From: Candidatus Bathyarchaeota archaeon
GTDB lineage: Archaea; Thermoproteota; Bathyarchaeia; 40CM-2-53-6
DNA: 64,000 nucleotides
Assembly: GCA_963706285.1 (NCBI GenBank)
Contig: CAVPLU010000010.1
Span: 32,001-96,000 of the forward strand
Direction: 5' to 3'
A model generated the notes under the pieces. The model was not told the DNA's origin, did no database searches, and saw nothing but the letters and a program-made list of their open reading frames with translations. This document shows, piece after piece, positions 43,151 through 52,208 of this stretch (its first letter is position 1; each line of letters starts with the position of its first letter). The position numbers were made by a program, and so were the translations under genes.

Positions 43151-43534
43151 CTACAGCTGGGCTCCGCACTTCTCGCAGAATTTGCTCTCGAGCGGTATCT
43201 TTGTTCCACAGCTGCGACAGAACTTGGTTGAGCCAGCGGGTTGCGTGCTGGGCTCAGCTGGTTGGGGTGCTGGAGAGGTCTGTTTTCCTGCAGCTACGTA
43301 GACTGTTTCTCCGTTTTTCGTTTCCTTCTTGACAACACCTTCTTCCACAAGGCCTTCCATCATTTCTTCGGCTTCTTGTCGGGATACGCCCTCTCTCGCT
43401 GCAATCGCTGCAAGTGTGACACCGCCAGCCGCCACGGTCATCGATAGGACTGTGGCTCTAGTGAGGCGTCGAAATCCTCTTCGGACTCCTCTTCTGACCA
43501 TTCTTCTCGCTCGAAACATATCGATAATCCTCAA
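43151..43534 (-). CDS. hypothetical protein with HTH-like middle and C-terminal zinc ribbon
   Basis: Arg-rich N-terminus; FCRSCG..FCEKCG. Confidence 0.7.
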   Translation of the reverse strand: MRIIDMFRARRMVRRGVRRGFRRLTRATVLSMTVAAGGVTLAAIAAREGVSRQEAEEMMEGLVEEGVVKKETKNGETVYVAAGKQTSPAPQPAEPSTQPAGSTKFCRSCGTKIPLESKFCEKCGAQL

Positions 43535-43724
43535 ACAGGAATCGTTCTATTGGGTCATTACGATTGTTCAGAATTTAAGACATGTCCTGAGTGTTCGCAT
43601 AGCTTGGGCCCGTAGCTAGAATTGCACTCTGATCTCGTGATAACTGTTAAATTAACTGAGCTTGATGGTCTGGTTGAGGATCTGTGGAATGTGGCGTGTT
43701 CGTAGAGCGAGAGCGAGAAGATCA

Positions 43725-43814
43725 ATGTGGGGAATCTGGTTAGTCATCTTCATTTTCATCATCATTATAGTGGCCCTCGCCGCGATGCGATGGCGATGGT
43801 TACTGTTGCGCTAG
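43725..43814 (+). CDS. putative 29-aa single-TM peptide
   Basis: MWGIWLVIFIFIIIIVALAAMRWRWLLLR; below the ORF-track cutoff. Confidence 0.4.
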   Translation: MWGIWLVIFIFIIIIVALAAMRWRWLLLR

Positions 43815-43829
43815 CGGAATGTGTTCAGC

Positions 43830-43991
43830 ATGGCTAATCTTCTCATTCTCCTTCTTGTGCTTGTGGGAGTCTTCGTTCTTTTTGCTGTTCTAGGATTCGC
43901 ATTTAGAGCATTGAAATGGCTTATCTCAATCGGCATAGTCGTCGTCGTTATTCTACTCATACTTTCGCTGATGAGGTTAATGCCACTGTAG
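43830..43991 (+). CDS. putative 53-aa two-TM membrane protein
   Basis: MANLLILLLVLVGVFVLFAVLGFAFRALKWLISIGIVVVVILLILSLMRLMPL. Confidence 0.55.
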   Translation: MANLLILLLVLVGVFVLFAVLGFAFRALKWLISIGIVVVVILLILSLMRLMPL

Positions 43992-44009
43992 TCTGATAGC
44001 GTTTAGACG

Positions 44010-44834
44010 GTGATAATCATTATGGCGTTTCTAGCACACGTATCATTGAAAAGGTCGGAGAGACTAGGCCTATTTTTTGTAACGTTGTTTCTATCTGGCC
44101 TGATATTTCCCTGCGAGACAGCCTTAGCAGCTGATGTCGCATCGAGCTGGAGAGGTGAGAGCGAAGTCACAGTTGATGGTATGTGGACTGCACGAGACGA
44201 GTGGTGGAACGCCACGCAGATGCAAGCTTATGGACGCGCAGGCTATTTCTGTATTCAGAATGACGATAAGTTTCTGTATGTTCTCATCGACTTCGTCTCG
44301 GACACGAATCTAGATGACAGGGACATGGCTAGGATAAGGATCGATGTGAAGAACGACAAGTCAGATCTCCCGCAGACAGATGACTTGATGATCCTTGTCG
44401 ACTGGCTGGAAGGTGCCCCTGTGACTAGGGCTGTCCGTGGTAGTGGAACTAGTTGGGTCCTGACGCAGGATGATCTGGGCGTGCGTGTTGCTCTCTCTGC
44501 CAATTCTCGAAACGATCGCTACTCGAAGGAGCATCATCTAATCTACGAATTTGCCATTCCGAGACAGATCTTCGGAGATAGATCCAAGATAGGATTCTCG
44601 GCTATGGCTGGAAGCCAGATGGGGACATCAGACGCCAATTTCATGAACCTTCCGAGAAGACACCATTTCATGAGACCATCTACGTGGGTCACGCTTCTAT
44701 TCGCAACTGAATCTGGAACGGGAACGGTGATCCCGTGGGGATTGATCGCTGTAGCGGCTGTAGTATTTGCCATTGTCGCAGCCATTGGAATCTACTATCT
44801 AAGGAGAAGAGAACGAAAACGAAGGTCGAATTGA
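44010..44834 (+). CDS. exported protein, CBM9/DOMON-like, C-terminal TM anchor
   Basis: Signal peptide; TVDG..DEW, NDDKFLY and YEFAIP; TM followed by RRRERKRR. Confidence 0.7.
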   Translation: MIIIMAFLAHVSLKRSERLGLFFVTLFLSGLIFPCETALAADVASSWRGESEVTVDGMWTARDEWWNATQMQAYGRAGYFCIQNDDKFLYVLIDFVSDTNLDDRDMARIRIDVKNDKSDLPQTDDLMILVDWLEGAPVTRAVRGSGTSWVLTQDDLGVRVALSANSRNDRYSKEHHLIYEFAIPRQIFGDRSKIGFSAMAGSQMGTSDANFMNLPRRHHFMRPSTWVTLLFATESGTGTVIPWGLIAVAAVVFAIVAAIGIYYLRRRERKRRSN

Positions 44835-44929
44835 TTTGGATGATCAAGAGAGCTTCAATTTGAATGGTTACAGATACTGCGTTCAATCCCGAAAAGTTGG
44901 AACAACCGTCAGTGTTGATTATCCAGGAG

Positions 44930-46876
44930 ATGGAAGAGATGAGACTCGATTTGAATAGCCGCCTATTTGCCGTTCTCTTGGTAGTCGTGGTTCTAAGCCC
45001 GACGTGTGTTGCCGCGTTGGCACCGCTTGACACGGCGTATTGTGGTGACGCTGTGTGCGCACCCTACGCCACAATAAAGAGTGTTGGATCCGTGAACCCG
45101 TATGTTTTGAAAGGCGTTCCATTCGAAATCTCCGTCGAGGCAGATGTCATTGCCTCAGAATATGCTACCTATGGATTCTACATTACGTATGCAGCAGCAG
45201 GGAAGTATGACTCTTGGCCCATCACAGGGGGGTATATGTCCAGCATACTGTATGGGTCCGGGTGGTTTGCGCAAACCGGCCCGGGTTATGGATCGATGTA
45301 CTATTGCCCTACATCAAAGAAAGTCTCGATCACGTTAAATGAACTCGGCCGCGTACCGCTTCATCTAGTCTTCTTTCATATGTCCAACATAGACTGGAAC
45401 AAAGACGGTGGTTGGCATCAGTACGTCTATGGTTCAACCCTTGGTAAACCTGTACCTCTGGGCAATACTCTGGCTACACGAGATTTTGAAGTTAATGTGT
45501 TGGCTTCTCTGCCGTCTGTTTCGATCTCGGATGTTCAGTATGTGAAGCCTCCGGATTCGATCACGGAGGGTGAGACTACGCCTGTAGTGGTGAAAGTAAG
45601 CTACAATCTTCCTGAGGCTATGACGTTGCAGTTTGACATTAATGATCTGGCTACGGGCGGAACTGTGGGTTCATGGGATTCAACGCAGAAGCTTTCCGGA
45701 ACAGGCGTTTTCACTTCATCGCCCATAAAGATCACATCTTTCGCGCCAAGTTCGATGGATGCGAGTAGGGCAGGTGACTGGAACCTTAGGGTTCAAGTAA
45801 GCGCAGAATCTACGCTAGGTTTGGCGGCGAAAGACACTGAGGACTTCACGATCAAGGTCGTTGCGAAGGCTTCGGCTACTCCGCCTGATGTGGACATAGC
45901 AAAAGTTGAGTATGTCAAGTCACCTGAAACAATCACTTTGGGCGAACCCACACCTGTGATAGTGACTGCAGAGTACCGGAACCTGCAGCCGAGTTCCAAG
46001 CTTCTGCTTTGGTTCAAAGATGTGGATACAGGCCAGGGCATAACCGGGGCGGTAGCATCGACAATTCTACCGGCGAGCGGAACCTACGTTTTCCCTCGGG
46101 CACAGTTGACGGCTTCAAAGACAGGTGACTGGCATCTGCAAGCTGTTGTGGAAGTGAACGCAGTTGGCGAAAGTACGGCAACGAGTAGCTTCACGATTAA
46201 AGTTGTTGCACCCACGGCTAGTGCACAGGCGCAGATCACGGACGTTGACTATGTGGCGTCGCCTGAAACTGTTTTGGTGGGAGAATCCACACCGGTGGTG
46301 GTTACTGTCAAGTACCAGAATCTTGTTCCAGGAACCAAACTAACCTTGAACATCATTGACCAAGCCTATACGTTCTACAGCCGAATCTCGGACCAGATAG
46401 TAGGTTCCACGACCTCAACCGCTCTCACCGGAAGCGGAACCTACACATTCCAGCCTGTATCCATCAAACCCGTTAGGGCCGGTGACTGGAGTCTGCAGGC
46501 TGAAGTACGTTTAGGAGATCACATGCTTATCTCAAATGGTTTCACCATCAAAGTTGTATCTGCAACGTCGACTTCGGCACCTAAGGTGAAGATAGTTGAT
46601 GTCAAATACGCTGAGCCTCCCGAGAAAGTCAAGGTCGGCAGACCCACCTCCGTGCAGGTTGCTATCCAATACTATGACCTAGCTCCAGGCACCAGGTTGA
46701 CTCTTGAGATCACTGAAGAAGGCAGAAGCCTCGCGACGTCTTCCTCCCCGCCTCTCACCGGAAGCGGGACTTACGTCTTCGACGTCGACATCATGCCGAA
46801 GAGGACTGGTGAATGGCGCCTTGTGGCAGAAGTTTCCGGTGAACGAGCCACCTTAACGATCTTAGTCGTATCCTAG
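44930..46876 (+). CDS. secreted protein with four Ig-like repeats
   Basis: Signal peptide; four repeats of I.DV.YV..PE...GE.TPV.V...SGTY.F...GDW.L...FTIKVV. Confidence 0.8.
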   Translation: MEEMRLDLNSRLFAVLLVVVVLSPTCVAALAPLDTAYCGDAVCAPYATIKSVGSVNPYVLKGVPFEISVEADVIASEYATYGFYITYAAAGKYDSWPITGGYMSSILYGSGWFAQTGPGYGSMYYCPTSKKVSITLNELGRVPLHLVFFHMSNIDWNKDGGWHQYVYGSTLGKPVPLGNTLATRDFEVNVLASLPSVSISDVQYVKPPDSITEGETTPVVVKVSYNLPEAMTLQFDINDLATGGTVGSWDSTQKLSGTGVFTSSPIKITSFAPSSMDASRAGDWNLRVQVSAESTLGLAAKDTEDFTIKVVAKASATPPDVDIAKVEYVKSPETITLGEPTPVIVTAEYRNLQPSSKLLLWFKDVDTGQGITGAVASTILPASGTYVFPRAQLTASKTGDWHLQAVVEVNAVGESTATSSFTIKVVAPTASAQAQITDVDYVASPETVLVGESTPVVVTVKYQNLVPGTKLTLNIIDQAYTFYSRISDQIVGSTTSTALTGSGTYTFQPVSIKPVRAGDWSLQAEVRLGDHMLISNGFTIKVVSATSTSAPKVKIVDVKYAEPPEKVKVGRPTSVQVAIQYYDLAPGTRLTLEITEEGRSLATSSSPPLTGSGTYVFDVDIMPKRTGEWRLVAEVSGERATLTILVVS

Positions 46877-47253
46877 TGGATTGTCTGTGCGTACTGCCTT
46901 GCAGTGTTCGAATAGCATTACTCCTTGGTGGGTCTCGTGGTGCACATACACGTAGCCCCGTCGCGAATTTCATCACCCAATCATTTGCCTGTCCCATGAG
47001 CGAAGATCTTAGGCCTTCGTTTCGCATGAAACGCTGTGTGATAGGCGCTGACCTGAATTTTCGGAATGGCGCCGGGAGAGGACTCTGCCCAGAGAGTTCA
47101 GCGTGGAGTCAGTGTGTGTGGTTTCGTTGTTGCGCGTGTTCGGGGGAAGGTCCGGACGGACGAGCGTCAAGCAGTGTAATGTCTGAATGGGAGCATGATC
47201 CAACACTTGCTTACAGATTTGTCTTTGTTCGGGCGCCTGTCACACGATAGGCC

Positions 47254-47466
47254 CTAACAACTCACTTCCTTGTCAACTTCTCCTTCGGCGTAGAAGACAA
47301 CCAAGGCGTCAGTGTCCTTGTAGTTGCAGTGAACAACTGCGACGTTGCTGACTACCTTTGGAGCTGGACCAGAAGGTGGTTTCCATGGCTCCTCGACAGG
47401 TCCACTTCCGCCACTCCCAGGTGGTCTGAACGGCTCCTCGATAGGCACATTATTCTTTTCCACCAA
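47254..47466 (-). CDS. small protein with repeated PxEEP(F/W)xPP motif
   Basis: PIEEPFRPP / PVEEPWKPP; AGGTGA Shine-Dalgarno-like site upstream. Confidence 0.5.
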   Translation of the reverse strand: MVEKNNVPIEEPFRPPGSGGSGPVEEPWKPPSGPAPKVVSNVAVVHCNYKDTDALVVFYAEGEVDKEVSC

Positions 47467-47783
47467 TCTATCTCACCTGAACAGAACAAGACACGTAGCC
47501 GCTTATCAAAGCGGGCTATCCTATGGACGACTTGCCATACACAGCTCCGAGAAGAGACTCAGCTTCAACTCCACAGCCTACTGCTCGTGGATTCGAACCC
47601 TTCCAGATTCGAACCTCTCTCAATCTTGAATCCATCTCCAGCAACAGAATCGTCGCCGTCTCTCGCGTCGAGTACACCACTCCAGGCTAGATCGTCCAAG
47701 TTGAGAGTCATGTGAGCGTAGCTGAAGTGAAAGGAGATACCCATCCGGGGTTTGTGTGAACTGCGTCGAGCAGTAGAGAGCGA

Positions 47784-47820
47784 TATCTGCCCCTAGTTAG
47801 GGGCAAGTACCACCGGGCCC
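47784..47820. repeat. 33-bp hairpin repeat, copy 1 (copy 2 at 54259-54291)
   Basis: tatctgcccctagttaggggcaagtaccaccgg vs tatctgcccctagtgaggagcaagtaccaccgg, 31/33 identical. Confidence 0.85.
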
Positions 47821-47900
47821 GCCGTTCTGATCTGACTAACAGAGTCTGGTGCCATCTTGGGGAGACCTTGACAAAGACGAAAGGACCCAGACAAGGTCTA

Positions 47901-47913
47901 TGGTGGACCGGGC
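47901..47913 (-). repeat. tRNA-Ala-like 3'-end fragment (GCCCGGTCCACCA)
   Basis: tggtggaccgggc; 12/13 match to 54176-54188. Confidence 0.55.
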
Positions 47914-48148
47914 CATTTCCGTCCTAGCGTAGAAGCCCGCACCCGATAGCTCCGTAGTGATGTCGGGGTTGAGTCGGGTTCACAAGATATGACCCACGAC
48001 GCTAGGAGGATGCTCGGTGAGCCGACCCTTCACAACGAAAGATAGCCTTCTCAGCCTGACATCAACGTAAGGTGTCAATGAGCCGTGGTACGATACGAAG
48101 CTGAGCTCACGTATCTAGAGTAGTTGGGTAATCCCCTCTCTGGCCGCG

Positions 48149-48962
48149 CTACCCCACCGGTACGTTATCCACGCGAATCGCTCTTCGTCGCGTCACGATC
48201 AATGCCAGCAAAACGACTATGGGAAGGAGAAGAAAAGTCGCGGCGAACTCGGGAACCACGCCATATTCGACGGTGCTGTATTCAATGCTTTGAGCGTACA
48301 GAGTGTAGCTATCCACAAGCGTTACGCGTGTTTTCTCGAGTGTTATGATTTCGAAAGACGCTAATCTGGTTCCGACGGCGATGTCTGTTGGATCGCAATA
48401 GCTCATGGCTGCGTCCACAACCTTGCCTCCTGAATCATATAATGTCGCGGCGACCTTCGTTTCGTGAGCAATTCCTGAACCACTGTTCCTGATCTTTCCG
48501 CTGATGTGAAGAAATCCAGCGGCGTCTACGCTCTTGCTGCTTGAGACTATCTCTAGGAAAAGAGGTAGATTCGTAGACTGTTCGTAGGTCACGACAAGCG
48601 TCATAGTGGTCCGTCCTCGCCGATTGCACAAAGTCAATAACAGTCATGTCGAAGGGAGCCTTGCGACCAGGCTCAAGTATTGTTATCATCGTCTGACTCG
48701 ACCTCGTGCCGAGGAGAGTATTATTTGAAGTGTAGAACGTAGCCGTGATCATGACTGCCGTTATTGCAGTACTGCCAGTATTCTGGACTTCTCCAACCAC
48801 ATGATAGAGTCCCACGCTGTTGAGGTATCCGCTACTGCTCAGAACCGTTGCTTGCCCTTGAGCGGCAGCTGGAATGACAAACTGAAGGGGCAACAGCAGA
48901 AAGAGGCCAATCATGAGGCACTTCCTCAATGATTTCACTCCTCGGTAGACCGGGCTGTTCAA
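48149..48962 (-). CDS. FxLYD-domain surface protein with PEF-CTERM sorting signal (frameshift near 48600)
   Basis: Two FxLYD-like repeats (VGEVQNTG..ATFY; SGKIRNSG..ATLYDSGG), then VPEF + TM + RRR. Confidence 0.8.
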
Positions 48963-49076
48963 GCATTTGAGTTATTGGTATGGATTCTCATCCTCGCTCA
49001 TGTCAGACTAGGTGAGAACGTTAAGAGGGAATCACCTTGTCTCGGTCAAAACGACTCCTGACGTTTCAGCCGATTT

Positions 49077-51293
49077 TCATCGCGCTCCTTTCGCGTCTTG
49101 CGCTAATAGTGCGTGTTTCATCTCAAGTCTCTTTGGAGCTCTGTTCGACGAAGTGCGGCCCGACGCCAGTTTCACCTGCCTCTTTCTTGAAGTTCTCTTC
49201 GTAGCTAAGTAGATGCAGACGGCGACAACTACGATTGCTCCCCCTGCCAATCCGTAGAGATAGGCGGATTGGCTGACGGTGGATTGGCTTACCTCAATTG
49301 TGAATTTGTCAAGACCATACGGTGCTGCGTTGAACTCACAAGCGTACTCGCCTGAGCCGATCTTTCCGGTGTCGATACTTGCGGTGTAGAGACCATTCGA
49401 ATAGGAGGTGGGTAGATCGAGAAGGATCTTATCGTCCTTGCTCACGATCAATCTGAACGTTGCCTGGGGATCACTAACCACGCCTCTAGTATAATTCAAC
49501 ACTTCATACTGCACATTAACGAGTTGGCCGGCTGACGCGTTCAGAGACCCCAGCTGCCTTTCGACAAGCCCCGGTTTCTGAGGGTTCTTTCCGAAGTACA
49601 GCGGGTTCCATGCAAGAGTCACAGATTTCTTGAGATCCCCTTGCGCGAAAATGAAAGGTCCCTGCCCCACCAGCTTAGTCAGCCCTTTCACGGATGGGTT
49701 AGGTTCCTCCCAAGGTTTGAAGTTCTTGTAGTCTTTCACATTGCTCCAAACATGTTCGGGCAGGAAAGTCATCCATGCGAAATCATAGACATGCCTGTAT
49801 CCAGTGCTGCTAATGTAGATCTGTAAGGTCGTAGGATCAGGAGCTTCCACCCTCATGACGTCGCTTAGGACGGCTAGATACTGCGGAACCTTGTTCGATT
49901 GCAGGTATTCAATGGTGAACTTCACGTCACTGGCTGTGAAAGGTTGACCGTCCTGCCATCTTACATCGTCTCTCAACTTGAAAGTGATCTTCATTCCTTC
50001 CTTTCCCGCAGCATAGCTCCATGTTTCAGTTACCCACTCTTTGGCGAGAACAGGGAGGTCATGTGATGTGACAGGGTCTACGCTGAAAAGGGGGCTGTAG
50101 AGAAGCTCGAGAACGCGCCACTCCTGCGTGCGACTGACAAGTGCAGGATTCAGAGTTGTAAACGGTCCCTCAACGCTCTGTGTGAACTTGCCACCAAACT
50201 GTGCTCCAGCCCTGCTCAAGTTGAGGTAGGTCCATGGGTTTACCACTCCGTACCCCCGCATGTTGGCGACGCCAGTCCAATCCGAGGAGACTGCGGTGAG
50301 TGTTGGGATCGAGTATATTGGCACATATGGTAGCAGGTAGGCGAGTCTCGCTTGCGCATCACGAGCTCCCCTAAGTGCCTCAGACTTGGTTGTTCCCGAC
50401 CACAAGGTTTCAAGTGCCCTGTCAAGAATCAGATCATGTATTCCGGAGTAGGCCAACGTCCAATTTCCGTCTCGTGAGGAATGAAACAATGCGTATAGTC
50501 CGAAAGGAGCAGCGGCCAGAGCAATGTCAGCAATCAATATGTCGTAGTCTCTGTCTCTCATCGTTCTCGCAACAAACAGATAGTCCGGCATTGTTGCATG
50601 CGTCGTCTGAATTCCAGCAGCGTTCGCATAATAAGCTACAACCTCCCCCGCGGCCCAGAGATCAGGATTCTCTGAACGCGTTGGGGTCAGCAGCGTAATC
50701 TGTCGCAGAGGTGCCCCGGTTCTTGGGTTCAGTCTCGTGCCCGTCTGACTGTCAAGTGCGTATCCAGCCTTATCAAACATCGTTGTAGCGTTCCGAAAGC
50801 TGAACTGAGGTACAGAAGCATCATAATTGGTCCATTCATCGGAGGCAGGGGGGACGAACGTTGTCGAAGGTTCCGCCCATCCATCTAACAGAACTTCAGC
50901 TATGTATTTTCCGTTAACTAGATGTGAAAACGCGTTTCGAAACAATCCATCATCAAAAGGCGAGCGCCTGCAGTTGAAGAAAAGAGATGCAAAGTGGAAG
51001 CTCCCTGCAGGAGACTTGTACACTCTGATATTTGGATAGGTGGCAAGGTTCTCCGCATCTTTGATGCTCCTGATGTTTTGGATCATGTCAATTTGATGAT
51101 TCTTGAGGTATGCTACTTCCTGATCGTAGCCCAAAAGTGGCGCTACAGAATAGACGATCTGATCAACATTCGGACCACACGGCCCAAACGCACATGGTTG
51201 TCCGCTGCTCGATTGTGCTACTGCGGGGGGGAAGCTCGGTATCGTTGCCAGCAGAAGGAGCATTGTCACGTAGGCCCATCTTGAGCCAGGCAT
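49077..51293 (-). CDS. ABC transporter substrate-binding protein, family 5 (OppA/DppA-like)
   Basis: PFDD..FRNAF, LRDDVRWQDGQPFTASDVKFT and GQGPF motifs; signal peptide and C-terminal TM. Confidence 0.85.
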   Translation of the reverse strand: MPGSRWAYVTMLLLLATIPSFPPAVAQSSSGQPCAFGPCGPNVDQIVYSVAPLLGYDQEVAYLKNHQIDMIQNIRSIKDAENLATYPNIRVYKSPAGSFHFASLFFNCRRSPFDDGLFRNAFSHLVNGKYIAEVLLDGWAEPSTTFVPPASDEWTNYDASVPQFSFRNATTMFDKAGYALDSQTGTRLNPRTGAPLRQITLLTPTRSENPDLWAAGEVVAYYANAAGIQTTHATMPDYLFVARTMRDRDYDILIADIALAAAPFGLYALFHSSRDGNWTLAYSGIHDLILDRALETLWSGTTKSEALRGARDAQARLAYLLPYVPIYSIPTLTAVSSDWTGVANMRGYGVVNPWTYLNLSRAGAQFGGKFTQSVEGPFTTLNPALVSRTQEWRVLELLYSPLFSVDPVTSHDLPVLAKEWVTETWSYAAGKEGMKITFKLRDDVRWQDGQPFTASDVKFTIEYLQSNKVPQYLAVLSDVMRVEAPDPTTLQIYISSTGYRHVYDFAWMTFLPEHVWSNVKDYKNFKPWEEPNPSVKGLTKLVGQGPFIFAQGDLKKSVTLAWNPLYFGKNPQKPGLVERQLGSLNASAGQLVNVQYEVLNYTRGVVSDPQATFRLIVSKDDKILLDLPTSYSNGLYTASIDTGKIGSGEYACEFNAAPYGLDKFTIEVSQSTVSQSAYLYGLAGGAIVVVAVCIYLATKRTSRKRQVKLASGRTSSNRAPKRLEMKHALLAQDAKGAR

Positions 51294-51314
51294 TGTGCGG
51301 TCAATCCTCCAAGC

Positions 51315-52070
51315 CTAGGGGCCGCCAGAGGAGGGAGGGGGGCATTCCTCGGTGATTACTGAGTTGAAGAATGCGTTCAGATTGCTACTTACCTGCTCTT
51401 CGATGGGAGCGAAATTGCCTCCCCAGCCCGTGACTTGGTTTGTGAAAACAACATTCCCTTGGCCGTCTTTCACTGTCACGGTGACCAGTCCAACTGAGTT
51501 CGGAGAGCTCTGATCTCCACTCACATGCTCTGTTACCGATACCGAGTAGCCGACACCGTATCCTGCGTATGGAGTATAGCTAACCGCAGTGGCGGGATCG
51601 ATTTCACCCGCATTGATCAGCTCATTTTCCTGATTCAAGAAGGGCAAGGTCGAGACATCGACGATTCCTACCGACTGTGATTGTCCGATACCATTGACCA
51701 AGTCAAAAGCTATCAGGTCAGTGCTGACCGGCTGCGGAGGGTTGGTTCCCTGTGAGAATTCGCCAACATCAACAACAATCACAATGACATTGTCAGTCGC
51801 GCCCCCTCCACAGCCACCGCCACCGTTACCTCCTTCATCTGGGGGCGGAGTCGGTGGAGGAGGATCCCCATCTGGAGGAGGCGGCGGGGGCGGAGGTGGT
51901 GGAGGCGCTGCGAATGTTCCAGAACCAAACCCAACTTGCACCGGTTCGTTGAGTGATCGGGATAAGGAGTGTGGCATAGAGGCTTGGGCACTAGACTCTA
52001 CAGAATAAGAATGGGTGAGGAGTAGGAAGAATAGGAGGATTAGTAGACCGATGCTAGATCGAGTTCTCAA
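51315..52070 (-). CDS. secreted polyproline/glycine-rich hypothetical protein
   Basis: Signal peptide, long poly-Pro run and Gly-rich linker. Confidence 0.65.
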   Translation of the reverse strand: MRTRSSIGLLILLFFLLLTHSYSVESSAQASMPHSLSRSLNEPVQVGFGSGTFAAPPPPPPPPPPPDGDPPPPTPPPDEGGNGGGGCGGGATDNVIVIVVDVGEFSQGTNPPQPVSTDLIAFDLVNGIGQSQSVGIVDVSTLPFLNQENELINAGEIDPATAVSYTPYAGYGVGYSVSVTEHVSGDQSSPNSVGLVTVTVKDGQGNVVFTNQVTGWGGNFAPIEEQVSSNLNAFFNSVITEECPPPSSGGP

Positions 52071-52208
52071 CTATCCTCCAGAACAAATCCGTCTCGCACA
52101 TCCTTAAATGACTAGTGCCCAGACTCGAATCTAATCTTCTAGACAACGGAGACGCTGACGGCAAATCGTCTTATAGGCACGACACGGAGTGTCAGCGGTG
52201 AGAGGAGG

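Noticed and set aside
47589-47616. Two GATTCGAACC T-loop-like words
   Set aside because: No flanking T-stem or acceptor sequence; not enough to define a tRNA fragment.
48078-48120. Group II intron domain V (gagccgtg...)
   Set aside because: Does not form the domain V hairpin, and there is no reverse transcriptase or other intron domain.
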